From a virus: a stretch of 64,000 bases of DNA. The translations under genes and the position numbers were made by a program. The stretch lies in IMG/VR virus record IMGVR_UViG_3300034137_000024, positions 17,491 to 81,490 of that record; one strand, given 5' to 3'. The notes under the pieces were generated by a model that worked only from the letters and a program-made list of their open reading frames with translations, made no database searches and was not told the origin of the DNA. This document shows positions 55,229-63,099 of this stretch, piece by piece. Numbering within the stretch: the first letter of the stretch is position 1; each line of letters opens with the position of its first letter.

Positions 55229-55378
55229 TATCTAAATCCTCGGTACTACCGTTTCACCCGTCGTGACGGGCTGGATATCAAGATAGGCCGTGCCCACAGC
55301 CACGTCAAGCGCTGGAGCCCTTGTTTTATATGACTTTGCGGGAACCGAAAGGTGGTTACAGGTAGTTACCCAGAGTTA

Positions 55379-55711
55379 CTACGACCCTCGGACATCCCCA
55401 TCAAACGCCTCAGAGGGCCAGCCCACGGACTCCCGAGCCGGATCGCCATGAATGCGGCAGCGGTTGGTGTTGACGTGTTTAAACCAGCCCACCGGATCAT
55501 CATCGAGGTCAGGCTCAAACGCCTGCATGGCGCTGATCGCCACGCGCATATTCTTATAGCAGTAGCTGTCGCCCGGACCGGCATAGTCCATCCCGACGTG
55601 CAGACGCCAGTTGAAACCCATGCGCAGGACGCCCAGCTGGGTGCCGTCATTCGTGACGCGATGGGCGATGTAGCCCCATTCGGCCAGTTGTTCGTGAGGT
55701 ATAGGAATCAT
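55379..55711 (-). CDS. Hypothetical protein
   Basis: Normal composition ORF. Confidence 0.65.
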   Translation of the reverse strand: MIPIPHEQLAEWGYIAHRVTNDGTQLGVLRMGFNWRLHVGMDYAGPGDSYCYKNMRVAISAMQAFEPDLDDDPVGWFKHVNTNRCRIHGDPARESVGWPSEAFDGDVRGS

Positions 55712-55839
55712 AGATAGAGGTGGCGTTCTTTAGGGTAACCGGGCGTGGTTACCCGGCGTTTCTGTCCAGCAGGAAGGGGTAGGCGCGCAGGATGCGCGGG
55801 ACAATACAAGAGACTGTATGTCCCGGCAAACCGCAAGGG

Positions 55840-56070
55840 TTAGCGAGCCGTCCGGTAGACCTGAGCCTCGATCACCGCTCCCGTTGTCACCTTCCAGAAC
55901 ACTGCAAGGCAATGCGGACATTGCCCCATCGTTTTCCAAGTTTCGCCTGCAGGCGCCGGCAAGGTTTCAATCGCAACCGAGCAGCATGGGCAGGCGTAGG
56001 CGACCAACACCACCCCAGCGGCGCGTAGGCGTTCGTTGTGCCGGAGATAGCGTTGCATCAGCGTGCTCAT
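55840..56070 (-). CDS. Zinc-ribbon protein
   Basis: CPCC...CPHC. Confidence 0.65.
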   Translation of the reverse strand: MSTLMQRYLRHNERLRAAGVVLVAYACPCCSVAIETLPAPAGETWKTMGQCPHCLAVFWKVTTGAVIEAQVYRTAR

Positions 56071-56080
56071 CTGCGCCCCC

Positions 56081-56428
56081 TTAAAGTGGCAAGCCACGCT
56101 GACGGGGGCTTGCGTACGGCGGCACCGGCTGCAGGTCGGCCATGATGTGCCAGACGCGGCCGTAAGCGGTGGCCAGCTTCTTGTCGCCAACAGAGTTTTT
56201 GAAGTTGGGGTAGTTGATCGCCATAGCGAGGTCGGCCAGCTTGGCACCTACTACCGCCTTGGGCAGAACCGCACGGAACTGGTAGTCGTTACCGATGGTT
56301 TCCCGCACGTCAGCGTCAGGGAAAACATTGCGGATGTCTTTCGGGCGGCGGCTGCGCACCAGGAGCTCGTCCGGGCCACAGTCCTTGTTCACGATCGAAA
56401 GGAAAGCGTTGTTGGTGCAGATCCACAT
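56081..56428 (-). CDS. Conserved hypothetical protein
   Basis: MWI..N.AFLSIV, LLVR.R, DY.FRA, Y.NFK.SV; SD AGGAG; operator-like box upstream. Confidence 0.8.
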   Translation of the reverse strand: MWICTNNAFLSIVNKDCGPDELLVRSRRPKDIRNVFPDADVRETIGNDYQFRAVLPKAVVGAKLADLAMAINYPNFKNSVGDKKLATAYGRVWHIMADLQPVPPYASPRQRGLPL

Positions 56429-56499
56429 AGGGGCATCTCCTGTTGAGTTGCCCCTATATTACTCAAATTTGATTAATCATCTAGTGGTTTCTAAGTTAA

Positions 56500-57306
56500 T
56501 CAGTCAAATAAATCAGAATGCTCATTGCCCCACTTCGACTTTTGCGTCGGTGCCTTCTTCGGTGGTTCCGGCGCCGGGCCAGCGCCGATCACTTCGGCGA
56601 TACCGTGATCCGACCACATATTGAGGTGGTCATAGAGTTTGTCCTTTGGAACAAGGTGGACCGCCTGCGACTCCCAGCCCATTGCTGTGGGGGTTCCGCC
56701 GATCCGCTGCGCACGGTAGATGCGCGCTTTCGACATGGTGCGCTCGAAGTCGCCGAGAAAACCGGTAATCCGAACCTTCAAACCGCTCTCTTCAAACGCC
56801 TCCTTGACCGCGTTGGCCTGCAGTGAAAGGCCCTCCTCGGCCGTGCCTTTCGGGAAGCTGGCCTCGTAGCCGCCGAACTGGTTGGACGGCGCAATGAGCC
56901 AGACACGACCGTCCGGCTCCTCGATCACCACACCACTGGCGGCGTACTTCTTGCTCCCCTGGACGAATGGGGGCTCGTCCAGGTCATCGTCAACGCCGTC
57001 GACATAGTCCCAGCCGTCCGCCGTTACAGGATGGTCCTTCCATTCGCGGAACGGGATGCCATTCAGGCCTAACGGCACGTCACCGTCAGGCACGAACGTG
57101 GCGACAGCCTGGGGGTTATGCCATGTGCTCGCCGCGCTCGCATTGGAAGGTGCGTGCAACTTGACCGGCGCGCCCTTGTCATCGAACTGCGGGTGGAAGT
57201 GGTGAGCCGGCGCCGCAGCAGACTGCACCTTGGTGTTGTACGGCTTCACGTAGGTGCCGTCTGCACGGGCGTGGCCTTTGACGTAGGCCTTGGCGAGATC
57301 GGTCAT
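56500..57306 (-). CDS. Nudix hydrolase, probably capsid-packaged
   Basis: Nudix box PKGTAEEGLSLQANAVKEAFEESGL; N-terminal DLAKA-YVKGHARADGTYVKPY. Confidence 0.88.
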   Translation of the reverse strand: MTDLAKAYVKGHARADGTYVKPYNTKVQSAAAPAHHFHPQFDDKGAPVKLHAPSNASAASTWHNPQAVATFVPDGDVPLGLNGIPFREWKDHPVTADGWDYVDGVDDDLDEPPFVQGSKKYAASGVVIEEPDGRVWLIAPSNQFGGYEASFPKGTAEEGLSLQANAVKEAFEESGLKVRITGFLGDFERTMSKARIYRAQRIGGTPTAMGWESQAVHLVPKDKLYDHLNMWSDHGIAEVIGAGPAPEPPKKAPTQKSKWGNEHSDLFD

Positions 57307-57788
57307 CGTTGTGCCCCAGGCTTGCGACCCAGCAGCACGTCAACAGCATCGTCTACGACTTCAGTCAGGCCGGCCTGCACCTCTTCCTCAGTCATCGCCC
57401 CCTCTTCGAGGTTGATCGAGGCCTCCAGCGCCTGCAGCGCTAGGAAATTGAAATAGGCCTCGGCCGGCGTCGCGTAGTCGGCGACATCCGGCGTCGTTAC
57501 GCGCAGGTAAATGCCCAGGCGGTGCGGGCTGTTCCAAGGCTGGGCGGCATAGCTGCTGTTTTCACCCATGACGATCTGTGCGTTTCGGGCGCACATAGCC
57601 GCGATCCGGGCCGATGAGGCATCGCCATCGCCGTCCTGGTGGAACTTGGCGCGCTCGGTGAACACTGCGCCCAGGAACTCGCGCACCAGGTGGTTTATCA
57701 CCTGGGGGTCGCCCAGGTAGTTATTGGTTTCGATGCCGTCTACGGCGGTCTGGAGGCCGTCGCGGCGGTTTGCTTCAAGATTGTCCAT
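57303..57788 (-). CDS. Acidic hypothetical protein (candidate immunity/partner protein)
   Basis: Overlaps both the kinase-ART gene and the Nudix gene. Confidence 0.65.
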   Translation of the reverse strand: MDNLEANRRDGLQTAVDGIETNNYLGDPQVINHLVREFLGAVFTERAKFHQDGDGDASSARIAAMCARNAQIVMGENSSYAAQPWNSPHRLGIYLRVTTPDVADYATPAEAYFNFLALQALEASINLEEGAMTEEEVQAGLTEVVDDAVDVLLGRKPGAQR

Positions 57789-60700
57789 GTTTCCCCTTGT
57801 TCGCTTCCAGTTCGGAAACGTAGGTCTCGTCGGGTGGCAGCATCAGCACGTCGAGTTCAATTCGTTCCTTACCTTTGTGCGGGTCGAAGACCTTCTGGCA
57901 GGACATAATAACGAACCGCTGCCCGGGCAAGGTTGTGATCTCTTTTTCACTGCTGAAAGACCCCGAACCAAAGCTATCAACGGCCTTTGCCCCCTTCGCG
58001 TAACGAATCCGGATCCGGTCAGCCCCGAAACCCGAGGTGCCATTAGGGACGTACGAGCAGCACATCGAGCCGGGGTTTTGAAACACCGTGCCAGGCTGAG
58101 CCTTGAGCATCTGCTGCTTCATATCCCCCGAGAAGTTGATCCACTTATAAATCTCGAAGCCTTCGGGTTTTTCGGTAGCGAACGAATAAGCATCGAGGAC
58201 CATGCCGGTCGCGTCCCGCCCATCGCTTGTGACCATTAAACCATCACGGAAATTGTCGTTGTAGGACCCTGACGACTGAATCCCATTAATAAATCGCTTT
58301 ACCAGGCGATTCGACGCCAGGCCCGCATAAGCCAGCTTTGCAGACGACCGCATGGCCTCCGTTAACGACGGTGTGCCGACAGGGCTGCTTTGGAAGGCCA
58401 AGGTCTTGCTACCGCCTGCAGGAAGCAGCGCGACCGCCGGTTTGGTGTGGCCCAGGGCGATCCAGAACGCCAAGCGGGAGTTGGCGTGTACCTTGTTGAT
58501 GGTGACGCCGTATTTCGCGCTCTGGAAGGCGTCTGAAACCTTCTTGAGGCCGACAGCCATCACCGATTTAAACGCTTTCAGGCGCTCCGGCGGGTGCGCA
58601 ATGTAGTTCAGCGTCGACACCAAGTCCGACCAATACGCCTTTACATGCTGCGACGGGTGCTGCTCGATATGCTGGCTGCCCGCCGCCTCCCCTGTTTCCT
58701 TGTCCACGGCGTCAAAGTGATAGTCCTTCAAGGCAATCAAGTTGCCTTTGGACGCGAACGCCAATAGATCCTGCTCGGCCTTGAGGTTGGTCTCGTTGAC
58801 GTGCGGTTTCGACGACAGGCCGTTACCGGCACCTTTCCAGTTGTGGAAGTCGTGCGGTTGCGGCAGGTCGCTTGCCTTTACGTCGAGCTTGGTCGGGTCT
58901 GGCTTCGGCTTGGCCTTGGATGCTGCGGCCTTTTTGACAGCCTTGGGGAACTGTTCGAGCAAATTCTCTTTGCGAGCAATCAGCGTCTCCACCAGGTGCG
59001 CTTTTTTCGCCAGGTCACCGGGGCCGTGCTTCATCACCAGGTCGTAAATCTCGTCGTCAGACACCGCGACGACCTTAGCCACCGATGCGGTAATGTCGGC
59101 CTTCGTCAGCTTGCCGAAGACCACCGAGGCCGCATGGTTGATTTTCGGGTCGCGCATGGTGTCGATTTCGGTCACTTGGTTTCCGAAAGCCTTCTTACCG
59201 CCCATGGCGCGATATTCAAGGGCGCCGCCGGCGTCCACGCGCACGGCCTTGCCATTGGCATCCAGCTGCAGGTTGTCGTATTCCAGGCCAACCGCGTCCC
59301 AGTTACCCAACCAGGCGTCGACAGCGAAACCAGCGCTGGTACCGTCTGCCTTTGCCATTTCAGCCGGCGGTGCCTTGGTCACCTCCTCCCATTTGCTGGC
59401 AATACCGATCTGCCCGTTATGGGTAACCAACTTGCAGTTCTGTCCAGTTACCCCTGCTGCAGCGTACAGCTGGGCCGCCAGAACTTCGGACTTGGCCATG
59501 TCCTCGTCCTTGGGAAATTTGCAGTACCAAGCCACGCCATCGGGGTCGACATACTTGCCGCCGGGATTCGAGCCGAGCTGACCGCCGACCTTCGACCAGG
59601 CATCCATCGATGGCGGCTTATCCCCCGCTGGAGCAGCTGGCGCCGTTGGTGCAGCAGCCTTGCCCTTGCCCTTCGGCACAGGACCTACGGCAGCCTTTAG
59701 CGCCTCAACATAGTGATACAGGGCGACGTGCGACCCCTCGGGCATGCTGAGGAAGCCGGTAATTTTTACCGATCCGCCCCCCGGCCTCGGCAAGGTGACA
59801 ATCGTCTTACCTGATTTCTTCATCACCTTTGTGGTGCCGACAAGCGCAGCTGGGCCTTCGGCCTTGACCTTTTGCAGCAGCGTGTGGATGCAGCCAGCGA
59901 CCACCTCGGGCTTTTTGAAATCCGTCAGATGCGGCAACGGCACCTGGGCGACCGCATACATGGCCGCTTCGTGGGGATTATCGACGCCAGGAACCTTGTG
60001 CCAATGGCCGTCTTTGAAAACGAGCATTCCATCGGCGCCCTGTTTCATTTCACCCTCAAGCGGCCCGGCAGGATCCGGTGAAGCTGATGCAGGTTTTTCC
60101 GGTGCAGGGGTGGCGGCAGGGGCAGCAGGGGCAGCGGCCGGGCTTTCTTTCAACGCGGCGATTGCGGCGGCGGCGATCTTCGCCTGCTTCTTTCCGTACG
60201 TGTTGCTGCCAAACTTCATCGCCTCGAGGCCGGCCACGTCGCCGGCGTAAGCCAACGCCTTGATCTTCTCGAGCTTGCCGTTATGGCTCTTGGCGTTGGT
60301 GTTGCTCTCGGGCAGTAGCAGGCCATCCCAAGGCATTTTGTCGAGGTTTACGTGAGAGGGTGACTGGCCGGAACTGGCGGTAACCTTCTCCGGTTCCACA
60401 GCGTTCGGGGCGGGCTCCGGCGCCTTGGCGACAGGCGCCGGGGAGGGCGCAAGCGCCGGAGGTGGGGCGAACTTTTGCGGGTCGAGCTCGGAAAGGGCCT
60501 GCTGCGCGTAGACCTGCGCAGCCGGGGAGTACGTCATGCCATCCACTTCTTTGCCGCTGGCAATGTCATGGATCGAATCGGTCTGGAGCTCCGCGTAGTA
60601 ATGGTTGATGGCGTCCTTTTCGGCCTCCATGGCGTCGCCCGGATCCACGTCGCCGAAGTGCTTGGCGGCCGGGTTCATCGCCGCAACCTTGGCCGGATCG

Positions 60701-61908
60701 TGCGGCAGGTGATCCTCATGACCCCACGCGGCGTAAATCTGGTGGATTGCCGCCTGATGCAGGGCAATCAGCTTTTTCGAGTTCGCCGTCTTCCCCGCCC
60801 AGGTCTGCCCCTTGAGCTTGTGTCCGTCTGCCTTGAGGTCTTCCAGGGATACAGCATCCTGATCATGCGCCAAGTCCAGTATCTGCTGGGCTACCTTCTC
60901 GTAATGAGATTTGACCCCGGTGGTGGTTTTCCCCTCGGCGAAGTCGGGCATTTTCAGGGCGCCGGCAGCCGCAGAACTTTCGGTAACTGCCGGTGGTTCC
61001 CCCGCGTTACCGCTGGAGTTAGCCGCGGATATCTTTGAGGCGACCAAAGCGGCGTGGTGAACCGGAGTGCCTTCGGCGTAGGTGTTGAGGAAGTAGTTAA
61101 ACGCCTCTTTATCACCGTCCTCGATCGCTTCGTCCAGAGCGGCCTGTATCTGGGGCGTCATGTGGCCAACGCTGGTCCCGCCGGTTTTCGACTCGCGGGC
61201 TGAATCGGACGCGGCCACGTCTGCAGGCTTAGCCTCGGCGCCGGGCATTGATGCCAACTGACCGGCCTTCGCCTGTTTCACCGCGTCGAAGTCAGCAGTG
61301 CTGGCGAACTTGGAGAGGTAAATCTGCCCGTACATTTGGGCTGCCGACACGCTGGCCGAGTTCTTGATCTTGTCCAGGAGTTCCAGCGCTTCCGGGTTAG
61401 AACTGGCGGTAACTGCGGGCGGTTCCTTCTGGTTGCCGGCAGGGGAGGCCTTTACAGCGGCGTGTTCGCCAGGCTTTTGCCCGGCCGATACCTGGTGCTG
61501 GCTGCCCATTTTACCCAAGAGGAAGTTAGCCACTGCTGCCTGTTTCTTGCCGTGGGTATTCACGCCGTAGCCGTGACCAAGGATGGCCGTGGCGTCGCCG
61601 TTTTCGCCATGGGCGAGCAGCTTGGGCAAATGAACGTCGTTGAAGGCTGCCATTTCCTTGTTGGTGGCGGCCTTGTCCGTGGGGTACTTGAGCTTGTCGA
61701 TCTGTTCGGCCGACAAGGATATAGGGCTGTGCTTACCACCCGCCTCGGGGTGCGCTGCTTGGGGTGCGCCTTTGGGTGCCGGTTTCTCCTGCTTGATAGC
61801 GTGCCATCTACCCTGCAATAGGTAATAGCCCGCTTGGTGGGCAATTTTTGACTTGATCAGCAACAGAACTCGGGGAGCCGCTGCCGTGGGGGCGGTAGGT
61901 ATATTCAT
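57775..61908 (-). CDS. Polyvalent protein: linker-rich N-terminus, HipA/PI3K-like kinase, C-terminal ADP-ribosyltransferase
   Basis: GSNPGG..WYCK, SEVLA, DAWLGNWD, RVDAG; IYKW, SMCCS, SEKE, LPGQRF. Confidence 0.8.
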   Translation of the reverse strand: MNIPTAPTAAAPRVLLLIKSKIAHQAGYYLLQGRWHAIKQEKPAPKGAPQAAHPEAGGKHSPISLSAEQIDKLKYPTDKAATNKEMAAFNDVHLPKLLAHGENGDATAILGHGYGVNTHGKKQAAVANFLLGKMGSQHQVSAGQKPGEHAAVKASPAGNQKEPPAVTASSNPEALELLDKIKNSASVSAAQMYGQIYLSKFASTADFDAVKQAKAGQLASMPGAEAKPADVAASDSARESKTGGTSVGHMTPQIQAALDEAIEDGDKEAFNYFLNTYAEGTPVHHAALVASKISAANSSGNAGEPPAVTESSAAAGALKMPDFAEGKTTTGVKSHYEKVAQQILDLAHDQDAVSLEDLKADGHKLKGQTWAGKTANSKKLIALHQAAIHQIYAAWGHEDHLPHDPAKVAAMNPAAKHFGDVDPGDAMEAEKDAINHYYAELQTDSIHDIASGKEVDGMTYSPAAQVYAQQALSELDPQKFAPPPALAPSPAPVAKAPEPAPNAVEPEKVTASSGQSPSHVNLDKMPWDGLLLPESNTNAKSHNGKLEKIKALAYAGDVAGLEAMKFGSNTYGKKQAKIAAAAIAALKESPAAAPAAPAATPAPEKPASASPDPAGPLEGEMKQGADGMLVFKDGHWHKVPGVDNPHEAAMYAVAQVPLPHLTDFKKPEVVAGCIHTLLQKVKAEGPAALVGTTKVMKKSGKTIVTLPRPGGGSVKITGFLSMPEGSHVALYHYVEALKAAVGPVPKGKGKAAAPTAPAAPAGDKPPSMDAWSKVGGQLGSNPGGKYVDPDGVAWYCKFPKDEDMAKSEVLAAQLYAAAGVTGQNCKLVTHNGQIGIASKWEEVTKAPPAEMAKADGTSAGFAVDAWLGNWDAVGLEYDNLQLDANGKAVRVDAGGALEYRAMGGKKAFGNQVTEIDTMRDPKINHAASVVFGKLTKADITASVAKVVAVSDDEIYDLVMKHGPGDLAKKAHLVETLIARKENLLEQFPKAVKKAAASKAKPKPDPTKLDVKASDLPQPHDFHNWKGAGNGLSSKPHVNETNLKAEQDLLAFASKGNLIALKDYHFDAVDKETGEAAGSQHIEQHPSQHVKAYWSDLVSTLNYIAHPPERLKAFKSVMAVGLKKVSDAFQSAKYGVTINKVHANSRLAFWIALGHTKPAVALLPAGGSKTLAFQSSPVGTPSLTEAMRSSAKLAYAGLASNRLVKRFINGIQSSGSYNDNFRDGLMVTSDGRDATGMVLDAYSFATEKPEGFEIYKWINFSGDMKQQMLKAQPGTVFQNPGSMCCSYVPNGTSGFGADRIRIRYAKGAKAVDSFGSGSFSSEKEITTLPGQRFVIMSCQKVFDPHKGKERIELDVLMLPPDETYVSELEANKGKHGQS

Positions 61909-61914
61909 GACGCG

Positions 61915-61930
61915 ATTCTTGCGTCACGAC
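61915..61930 (-). promoter_or_regulatory. Late-type promoter GTCGTGAC-GC-AAGAAT (leaderless)
   Basis: ATG 6 nt after the hexamer. Confidence 0.78.
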
Positions 61931-62045
61931 GGGGGCCTCACTGCCGACGCCGCGCCCGTCCCGCGCCCGAAGTTTGGGGAAGTTCGGCGCCGGTACCGCA
62001 GCGTAGGCCCATGGCCGCCTTGGTCGTCAGACTTAGGATCAGATG

Positions 62046-62285
62046 TCAGCGATTCCGGGGGATTTGGTCATCGCAATGCGAGCTGTAGGCGGCGTCAGCC
62101 CACTCTAGCCATTCGCGCAGTTCATCATCCGGAACGATCCCGTGCCGGTTCAACTCGAAGGCGCGGTCCCGAAGGCGCAGATGCCAGCCCCCCAGATCAC
62201 GCTGGCGCCCAAGCTCATCATTGAGTATGGCCTCCCATTCAGCCTGGGCGGCCTCGAAACCTGGATGAAGCTCGATGTCGTTCAC
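62046..62285 (-). CDS. Hypothetical protein
   Basis: SD GAGGAG upstream. Confidence 0.7.
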   Translation of the reverse strand: MNDIELHPGFEAAQAEWEAILNDELGRQRDLGGWHLRLRDRAFELNRHGIVPDDELREWLEWADAAYSSHCDDQIPRNR

Positions 62286-62356
62286 ATGCTATCTCCTCGG
62301 TGGATAGCCATATGACCGTGGCTCCGAACCGCCGTGCGGTTTCTCGGGATCCAACG

Positions 62357-62381
62357 AAAAACCCCGCCAAGGCGGCGGGGT
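62357..62381 (-). terminator. Rho-independent terminator
   Basis: ACCCCGCC-aaggc-GGCGGGGT with A-run on + strand. Confidence 0.7.
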
Positions 62382-62404
62382 AGGGTAGCGGGTGGCCGAA
62401 CCGA

Positions 62405-62788
62405 TCAAGGCTCATCCAGAGCCAGGGCGAATGCCTCCAACGGCGTCGGCAAACCAACAGCCCGGCGCGTCAGCCCGTGATGTTCAACGGCCGACTCCAG
62501 TTCGTTGATCAGCTTGGCAGTGCTGGGCCTTCCGATGAATCCACGCAGCAGCGCTGGCGGGAGCGCGGCACACACCGCCGCCCATGCCCGCGACAGGCGC
62601 CACATACACTCAGGCGGAGCGGAAACCACCAAAACGATGTGCTGAATCCAGCTATCGTCCAACCGAACCACAGTCGGGTTATCCGGGTCCCGGAAAAACC
62701 TAAGACGCTCAGGCATAGCCGACAGCACCAGCGAACGCAGGTGCGGCCAATCAACAACGCACAGGCTGTCCTCTCCCAACCGAGTCAT
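62405..62788 (-). CDS. Hypothetical protein
   Basis: ATGA overlap in operon. Confidence 0.6.
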   Translation of the reverse strand: MTRLGEDSLCVVDWPHLRSLVLSAMPERLRFFRDPDNPTVVRLDDSWIQHIVLVVSAPPECMWRLSRAWAAVCAALPPALLRGFIGRPSTAKLINELESAVEHHGLTRRAVGLPTPLEAFALALDEP

Positions 62789-63018
62789 GCAGCCTCAGCC
62801 TCAAGCGCCGCCGGAGCGGGCAGGGCAAGCACTCGGGCGCCCCGAATTTGGTGAACAGGAGCAGGGGCGTCGATCAATGCCCGGTCGACGTTGATGCGGT
62901 ATGTCGTCGCAAAACGGCGCAGTGGGACGGACTGGGAAGTTTCACGGCGAGAGGCGCGACGTCCAGCGGCATAGCCGAACGCGAAGGTGGTAGCGCAAAT
63001 AGCGGCGGTCAAAATCAT
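62785..63018 (-). CDS. Small membrane protein
   Basis: Hydrophobic N-terminus. Confidence 0.6.
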   Translation of the reverse strand: MILTAAICATTFAFGYAAGRRASRRETSQSVPLRRFATTYRINVDRALIDAPAPVHQIRGARVLALPAPAALEAEAA

Positions 63019-63099
63019 GATGCACTCGCAACGAATTCGAGACAGACAAAAACGGCAGGGTCACGAATGAGCCTGCCGCTTGGTTCCAGCAGCGATGAG

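Noticed and set aside
55260-55267. Exact GTCGTGAC upstream of the RHH gene
   Set aside because: Followed by GG-GCTGGA, not xAxxxT, faces away from the nearest gene, and is part of the small hairpin CCCGTC-GT-GACGGG; not counted as a promoter.
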